This document shows, piece by piece, positions 58,764-64,000 of a stretch of 64,000 nt of DNA. This stretch comes from an uncultured Candidatus Saccharibacteria bacterium (lineage in GTDB: Bacteria; Patescibacteriota; Dojkabacteria; J137). Both the position numbers and the translations under genes were made by a program. The stretch lies in NCBI GenBank assembly GCA_964607415.1, contig CAZSKK010000003.1, positions 3,693 to 67,692 of the forward strand, read 5' to 3'. Numbering within the stretch: the stretch's first letter is position 1; every line of letters starts with the position of its first letter. A model generated the notes under the pieces. That model did not search any database. It was not told the origin of the DNA and worked only from the letters and a program-made list of their open reading frames with translations.

Positions 58764-60284
58764 CTAATTGGTAAGGTTACTTACGAGCTCTTTCGCTATT
58801 TGTGTCAACCTATACGAGCTAAAGAAAACCACAAGTACTTTTGTGTCTTGATTCTTGATTCTTGATTCTAATTGGCTAACTAATTGCTCACTCTCAACAT
58901 ATGTTGCTTTAACGTTCAAGTCACTCAGCCTTTTTATCATCTCTTCTGAATCAATAAATTCATCCTTAAAGCTTGAAAGATCCGGAATAATAATTTCGTC
59001 CGCATTTGTGAATGCGTCTTTGTAAATTTTATTAAAAATCTCCAGATCCTTTGGCCTACTTCCAGAATTTGGCTCAAATACGCCAATAATTTTGTAATCT
59101 TGATAGTATTCTTTTAAGGTTTTTAACGAATTCTTGGCTCGAGTTGGAGCAACGCCGAAATCGTCAACCACTGTTACATTTTCATTTTCAAAAAGTATCT
59201 CTAGTCGTTTTTTGGCACCTTTAAACTCTTTAACGCAAATTTCAAAGAAGTTACTAAACATATGTGACCGTAAAAGTTCTTTAATTTCGGGGATATTAGA
59301 AACAAGAGTGCCAACAGCCAAAATATTTTCAAAATTATATTCTCCAATTAAATTTGTTGTACCAGAAAAGACTTCATTGCCTTTGTTATCAGAAATTCGA
59401 TAGTCATGTCCACCAAGAAGCTTATGTTCGTCAATTTCATAGCTAATTGTCCAGATTCCCTCTCGTAATTCGCCTTTTGCAATTGAATATCTGATTACCT
59501 TACACTTTGCATTAATTAGTGCTTTATCAATATTTTCATCATCCGCTTTAGCTACAATCAAGCCATCTTCAGGTACAAGTTCAACTAATTTTTGAAATTC
59601 GTTAATATAGCTTTCTTGTGTTGGGAAAATATCTTGATGCTCCCAGCCAATATTAGTAATTACTAAATATTTTGGCTTATACTCCATAAATTTTGCGTGA
59701 CCTTCAATTTCAGGACTATGGTATTCATCACCTTCAATTACGGACCATTTGGAATCGTTTATTCGGACAGAATCTTCAAAGTTGGCAACTTCAGCTCCAA
59801 TCATGTATGAAGGATTTAGCCCTAATTTTTCTAAAACATATGTTGCAAGTGCTGTAGTTGTAGTTTTTCCTGCTGTTCCCACAACAACAATCGAATTTTC
59901 TTTAATTAAATACTCTGAAAGAACTTTTGCGTAAGGTCTAATGTCTATATTGTGTAATTTAGCGTATCTATATTCTTTATTTTTAGGAGTCAAAAAGCTC
60001 ATCACGAGTCCAAGATCTGGTTGTTCTCCGATTGAAAGCTCGTGGCTCGAAGCTCGCAGCTTTTTCTCCCAGAACTCTGATGTTAAATGACGATAGTCAT
60101 AACCTTCAACAGTATGAACTTTGGAATTTTTAAGTAATTCACTTGCTGGTGGTAAATATTGCATATCCGACCCTGTTACAAACCAGCCCATATCGGAAAA
60201 TGCTTTCGCAATATTTGCAGTTGTTTTACCACATACCCCAATAGCATGAAACCACTTTTGTTTTGGTTGAGTGTTTGTTTGCAT
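58764..60284 (-). CDS. Mur ligase family protein (MurC/Mpl-like UDP-N-acetylmuramate-amino-acid ligase)
   Basis: The N-terminal domain is HAIGVCGKTT...VTGSDMQ. The central Mur ligase P-loop is VVVGTAGKTTTTA. The C-terminal domain has GVFEPNSGSR. The choice between MurC and Mpl cannot be resolved by eye. Confidence 0.7.
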   Translation of the reverse strand: MQTNTQPKQKWFHAIGVCGKTTANIAKAFSDMGWFVTGSDMQYLPPASELLKNSKVHTVEGYDYRHLTSEFWEKKLRASSHELSIGEQPDLGLVMSFLTPKNKEYRYAKLHNIDIRPYAKVLSEYLIKENSIVVVGTAGKTTTTALATYVLEKLGLNPSYMIGAEVANFEDSVRINDSKWSVIEGDEYHSPEIEGHAKFMEYKPKYLVITNIGWEHQDIFPTQESYINEFQKLVELVPEDGLIVAKADDENIDKALINAKCKVIRYSIAKGELREGIWTISYEIDEHKLLGGHDYRISDNKGNEVFSGTTNLIGEYNFENILAVGTLVSNIPEIKELLRSHMFSNFFEICVKEFKGAKKRLEILFENENVTVVDDFGVAPTRAKNSLKTLKEYYQDYKIIGVFEPNSGSRPKDLEIFNKIYKDAFTNADEIIIPDLSSFKDEFIDSEEMIKRLSDLNVKATYVESEQLVSQLESRIKNQDTKVLVVFFSSYRLTQIAKELVSNLTN

Positions 60285-60316
60285 ATACTGTGATTATAAC
60301 AAAAACATGCTATCAC

Positions 60317-60380
60317 AACCCCTCCTTTAATTCCTCCCCTTTAATCAAAGGGGAGGTGGCGTTAGCCGGAGGGGTTATTA
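60317..60380. repeat. MITE-like repeat, family B (AACCCCTCCTTTAATTCCTCCCCTTTAATCAAAGGGGAGGTGGCGTTAGCCGGAGGGGTTATTA)
   Basis: It is about 85% identical to 54437-54513. Confidence 0.7.
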
Positions 60381-60516
60381 GGAGTTCGAAGAAAATTTGT
60401 TAACTAGAAACTGATAAAATTGTGCCTAAAAATTTTCATCAATATTATCCCATAGCATAAATATGTACCTCTGGAATCTTCTACTCACGGTCTAGCTCAA
60501 ACTTGCACATTTTCGC

Positions 60517-60569
60517 TTGACACCACAACCGATTGTGTGTAGATTGATAAAATACCACAATTTGTAGTA
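60517..60569 (+). promoter_or_regulatory. Putative nrdR promoter (TTGACA-17-TAGATT) with two NrdR-box-like palindromes (CACAACCGATTGTG at 60524-60537 and TACCACAATTTGTAGTA at 60553-60569)
   Basis: Both palindromes have CACAA...TTGTG arms resembling the NrdR box consensus (acaCwAtATaTwGtgt). The first palindrome lies between the -35 and -10 elements. Confidence 0.4.
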
Positions 60570-60603
60570 TATTATTAAAAGAAAACATGTTTAAATTAAG
60601 CCA

Positions 60604-61059
60604 ATGATTTGCCCTTATTGCAAAAGTGAAAAAATCAAAGTTGTTGATAAAAGAGACAACAACGAAACAAATACTATAAGACGAAGACGTGAATGTGAAG
60701 AATGTCATAAAAGATTCACAACTTATGAAAGAATTGAAAAAGTTTTATTAAATGTTTTAAAGCGAGATGGTAGAGTAGAGGAATTTGATAGAGAAAAGCT
60801 AAAGCGAGGAATAATGAAAGCAGTAAAAAAGCGAGCTATTCCTGAAGACACAATTGATGATCTAATTGATGATATTGAAAATACATTAATGGTTAGAGAA
60901 GAGCAAATTATAAGATCAGTTGACATAGGGCAAATGGTGCTAAAAAAGCTTAGCAAGATTGATAAATTAGGGGCACTTCTTTTTGCGGCTGTCTATAAAG
61001 AATTTGAAAGTTTGGAAGATGTTGAAAAAGAATTGAAGAAGTTGAATGGAACTAAATAG
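60604..61059 (+). CDS. nrdR: Transcriptional repressor NrdR
   Basis: The N-terminal zinc ribbon is MICPYCKSEKIKVVDKRD...RRRRECEECHKRFTTYE. It is followed by an ATP-cone. Confidence 0.9.
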   Translation: MICPYCKSEKIKVVDKRDNNETNTIRRRRECEECHKRFTTYERIEKVLLNVLKRDGRVEEFDREKLKRGIMKAVKKRAIPEDTIDDLIDDIENTLMVREEQIIRSVDIGQMVLKKLSKIDKLGALLFAAVYKEFESLEDVEKELKKLNGTK

Positions 61060-61181
61060 ATTTTTAGATATATGAAACGATAATTGGTGCTACTTTTGTT
61101 GCACTTTTATTAATCCTTGTACCTCAAGGATTAACTTCAAGATAACACTTGAAGGCTACTTTTACTTATTATGTTAAATCA

Positions 61182-64000
61182 ATGAAGACAGGTAAGAAAG
61201 ACCGTGTTGTTAGTGACGAAGCTCTTCTTCAGAGAATCAACAACAATATCGGAAAGAAAGGTTTAAAAATTCCAAGAGTATTCACAAAAAAAGGATTAGA
61301 TAGATACGATGGAATTGATTTTGATTACAGAACTTCAAAAATAATAAATCCAGATGGATCGGTGGTATTTGAAATGAATAATGTTGAGGTTCCCAAATAC
61401 TGGAGCCAAATGGCGACCGATATTTTGGCTCAAAAATACTTTAGGAAAAAAGGAGTTCCTCAAAAAAATTCCAAAGGAGAAATCAGAAAAGATAAGAATG
61501 GGAAAGTGATTCTAGGAGGTGAAACTTCAATCAAACAAGTAGCAGATAGACTTGCTGGAGCATGGAGAACATGGGGAGAAAAATACGGATATTTTGATTC
61601 TAAAGAAGATGCCAATGCATTTGAAGACGAAATTGCTTATTCGATTGTTACCCAAATGGCCGCTCCAAATAGCCCTCAATGGTTTAATACAGGATTAAAT
61701 TATGCTTATGGCTTAACTGGAATCCCACAAGGGCACTATTATGCAGATCCTGCTACAGGAGAACCTAAACTTTCTGAGGATGCCTATACCAGATCTCAAC
61801 TTCATGCATGCTATATACAATCTGTTAATGATGATCTTGTAAACGAAGGAGGAATTTTTGACCTTGTAACCAAAGAAGCTAGACTATTTAAATACGGTTC
61901 TGGAACTGGAACAAATTTTTCAAACTTGAGGGCTGTTAACGAACCCCTTTCGGGTGGAGGAAAATCATCTGGTTTAATGAGCTTTCTTAAAGTCTTTGAT
62001 GCTGCAGCAGGCGCAATTAAATCTGGTGGAACAACCAGAAGAGCTGCAAAAATGGTTTGTTTAAATATAGACCACCCAGAAATTGAAACATTTGTTCAAT
62101 GGAAAGTTAAAGAGGAACAAAAAGTTGCAGCTTTAGTTACTGGATCGTTCATGAACTATGCTCATCTAAAAAAGATTATGCAATCTGCTGAGGAAAAAGG
62201 AATTGATCCTAAGCAAAATCCTGAGCTAAAAAAATTAATAAAAAAAGCTAACGAAGATTTTGTTCCTCTAAACTACATAAAAAGAGTTCTGATGTTGGTT
62301 GAAAACGGTGTTAGCGCAGATGAATTCTCTTTAGAAAGATATGATACAGACTTTAGATCAGAAGCTTATTCAACAGTTGGAGGTCAAAACTCTAATAACT
62401 CAATCAGAATCACAAATGATTTTATTGAAGCTGTTAACGAAGATAAAGATTGGAATCTTATAAATAGAACTGATGGATCTGTTGCAAGAACAATAAAAGC
62501 TAAAGATCTTTGGGGAAAAATTGTTGACGCTGCTTGGAATTCAGCTGATCCAGGAGTTCAATTTGATACAACAATAAACGAATGGCACACATGTCCTAAA
62601 GACGGAAGAATTAACGCAAGTAACCCTTGTTCTGAATACATGTTTTTAGATAACACAGCTTGTAACCTTGCATCGCTAAACTTAATAAAGTTTTATGATT
62701 ACGATACTCAAAAATTTGACGTAGAAAGTTACAAACATGCAGTTAGAATTTGGACAATGGTTTTAGAAATTTCAGTTTTAATGTCACACCTTCCAAGTAG
62801 GGAACTTGCGGAACTTACATATAAATACAGAACTTTAGGACTTGGATATGCCAATATTGGTTCTCTTTTGATGGTACAAGGAATTCCTTATGAAAGTGAG
62901 GAAGGCTATGCAATTACAGGTGCCCTTAGTGCAATTCTAGGTGGAGAATCATATGCCACATCTGCAGAAATGGCAAAAGTAGTTGGAACCTTTGAAAGAT
63001 ATGAACCAAACAAAAAAGACATGTTAAGAGTAATGAGAAACCATAGAAGAGCAGCATACAATGCAGCAGAATACGAATACGAAGGATTAACTATTAAACC
63101 AATGGGAATTGATGAAACTTTAATTGAAGACAAATCTTTGATTGAAGGTGCTAAAGCTAGCTGGGATTATGCATTATTTTTGGGTGAACAGTTTGGATAC
63201 AGAAATGCGCAAGCTACAGTAATTGCGCCAACAGGAACAATTGCTCTTGTAATGGACTGCGATACAACTGGAATTGAACCTGACTTTGCCTTGGTCAAAT
63301 TTAAGAAACTTGTAGGTGGTGGATATTTCAAGATTGTTAACCAATCGGTTAGACCTGCACTTAAAAAACTTGGCTATTCTGAACAGCAAATTAAAGACAT
63401 TGAACAGTATATTGTAGGTCACGCAACACTTGGAGGAGCTCCATTTATAAACCCGCTAACTTTAAAAGAAAAAGGTTTTACTGAAAAAGAATTAATGGTT
63501 GTAGAAGGTTCTCTGGCTGGTGCATTCGATCTAAAAAGTTCATTCAGCAAATGGGTTTTGGGTGAACAATTTTGTAAAGAAGTTTTGGGGTTAAGCGATG
63601 AAGATTTAAATTCAGGAAATATTTTAGAAAAACTTGGATTTACCAAAGAACAAATTGAAAAAGCTGAAGAATATGTTTCAGGAACAATGACAATTGAAGG
63701 TGCACCACACCTAAAACCTGAACACCTACCTATCTTTGACTGTGCAAACAAATGTGGCGCAAAAGGTCAGAGATATATATCTACAATGGGTCACCTTTTA
63801 CAAATGGCTGCAGCTCAACCGTTTATAAGTGGTGCAATAAGTAAAACTGTAAATCTTCCAGAAGAAGCTACTCTTAAAGACGTTGATGAAGCATATATTG
63901 AAGGATGGAAATTAATGTTAAAAGCGAATGCTTTATATAGAGATGGCTCTAAGCTTAGCCAGCCACTAAATTCATCGGCTGGAAATAGTGCTTACGCAGA
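61182..64000 (+). CDS. nrdJ: Adenosylcobalamin-dependent (class II) ribonucleoside-diphosphate/triphosphate reductase. It is 3'-truncated by the window edge.
   Basis: The N-terminus is [54 protein letters not shown]. Active-site motifs [21 protein letters not shown] and APTGTIAL are present. There is no stop before position 64000. It lies immediately downstream of nrdR. Confidence 0.85.
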   Translation, partial: MKTGKKDRVVSDEALLQRINNNIGKKGLKIPRVFTKKGLDRYDGIDFDYRTSKIINPDGSVVFEMNNVEVPKYWSQMATDILAQKYFRKKGVPQKNSKGEIRKDKNGKVILGGETSIKQVADRLAGAWRTWGEKYGYFDSKEDANAFEDEIAYSIVTQMAAPNSPQWFNTGLNYAYGLTGIPQGHYYADPATGEPKLSEDAYTRSQLHACYIQSVNDDLVNEGGIFDLVTKEARLFKYGSGTGTNFSNLRAVNEPLSGGGKSSGLMSFLKVFDAAAGAIKSGGTTRRAAKMVCLNIDHPEIETFVQWKVKEEQKVAALVTGSFMNYAHLKKIMQSAEEKGIDPKQNPELKKLIKKANEDFVPLNYIKRVLMLVENGVSADEFSLERYDTDFRSEAYSTVGGQNSNNSIRITNDFIEAVNEDKDWNLINRTDGSVARTIKAKDLWGKIVDAAWNSADPGVQFDTTINEWHTCPKDGRINASNPCSEYMFLDNTACNLASLNLIKFYDYDTQKFDVESYKHAVRIWTMVLEISVLMSHLPSRELAELTYKYRTLGLGYANIGSLLMVQGIPYESEEGYAITGALSAILGGESYATSAEMAKVVGTFERYEPNKKDMLRVMRNHRRAAYNAAEYEYEGLTIKPMGIDETLIEDKSLIEGAKASWDYALFLGEQFGYRNAQATVIAPTGTIALVMDCDTTGIEPDFALVKFKKLVGGGYFKIVNQSVRPALKKLGYSEQQIKDIEQYIVGHATLGGAPFINPLTLKEKGFTEKELMVVEGSLAGAFDLKSSFSKWVLGEQFCKEVLGLSDEDLNSGNILEKLGFTKEQIEKAEEYVSGTMTIEGAPHLKPEHLPIFDCANKCGAKGQRYISTMGHLLQMAAAQPFISGAISKTVNLPEEATLKDVDEAYIEGWKLMLKANALYRDGSKLSQPLNSSAGNSAYA

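Noticed and set aside
62906-63751. Three minus-strand ORFs (75-110 aa)
   Set aside because: They lie inside the strongly supported class II RNR reading frame. They are antisense artefacts.

Overview
This is an AT-rich bacterial window, roughly one-third GC by eye, read in the standard genetic code. TGA is used as a stop, for example at 1925-1927. Genes are tightly packed on both strands.

Recognisable housekeeping genes are gltX, clpC, rmuC, lepA, prfB, pcm, mnmA, ssb, a SpoU/TrmH methyltransferase, tRNA-Cys, gpmI, tgt, msrA, ung, a MurC/Mpl-like Mur ligase, nrdR, and a 3'-truncated class II ribonucleotide reductase. A 5'-truncated TauE/DsbD_2-like membrane protein sits at the left edge. There is a C-terminal fragment of uvrB whose helicase N-terminal half is absent.

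The accessory content stands out:
- Three paralogous XRE-HTH regulators, each with a C-terminal domain of about 170 aa.
- A membrane sensor histidine kinase.
- Two giant secreted proteins built from peptidoglycan-hydrolase modules. One (2142 aa) carries SH3b, M23, LGFP repeats and a C39-like peptidase. The other (1979 aa) carries a GH clan-A domain, an SGNH esterase, two M23 domains and an SLT/lysozyme-like domain.
- A 16-bp perfect palindrome, TTGTATTGCAATACAA, within a conserved element of about 30 to 75 nt. It recurs immediately upstream of three consecutive secreted or envelope protein genes.

Intergenic DNA is full of short GC-rich hairpin and MITE-like repeat families. Two members are inserted in frame inside conserved genes (lepA and tgt), in the manner of Rickettsia palindromic elements.

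The tRNA-Cys gene is nested between the 5' and 3' pieces of a second tRNA-like sequence. Those two pieces carry acceptor-stem changes that compensate each other.

No CRISPR array, rRNA, integrase or transposase was seen. All calls rest on motif recognition by eye in the six-frame translations. No searches were run.
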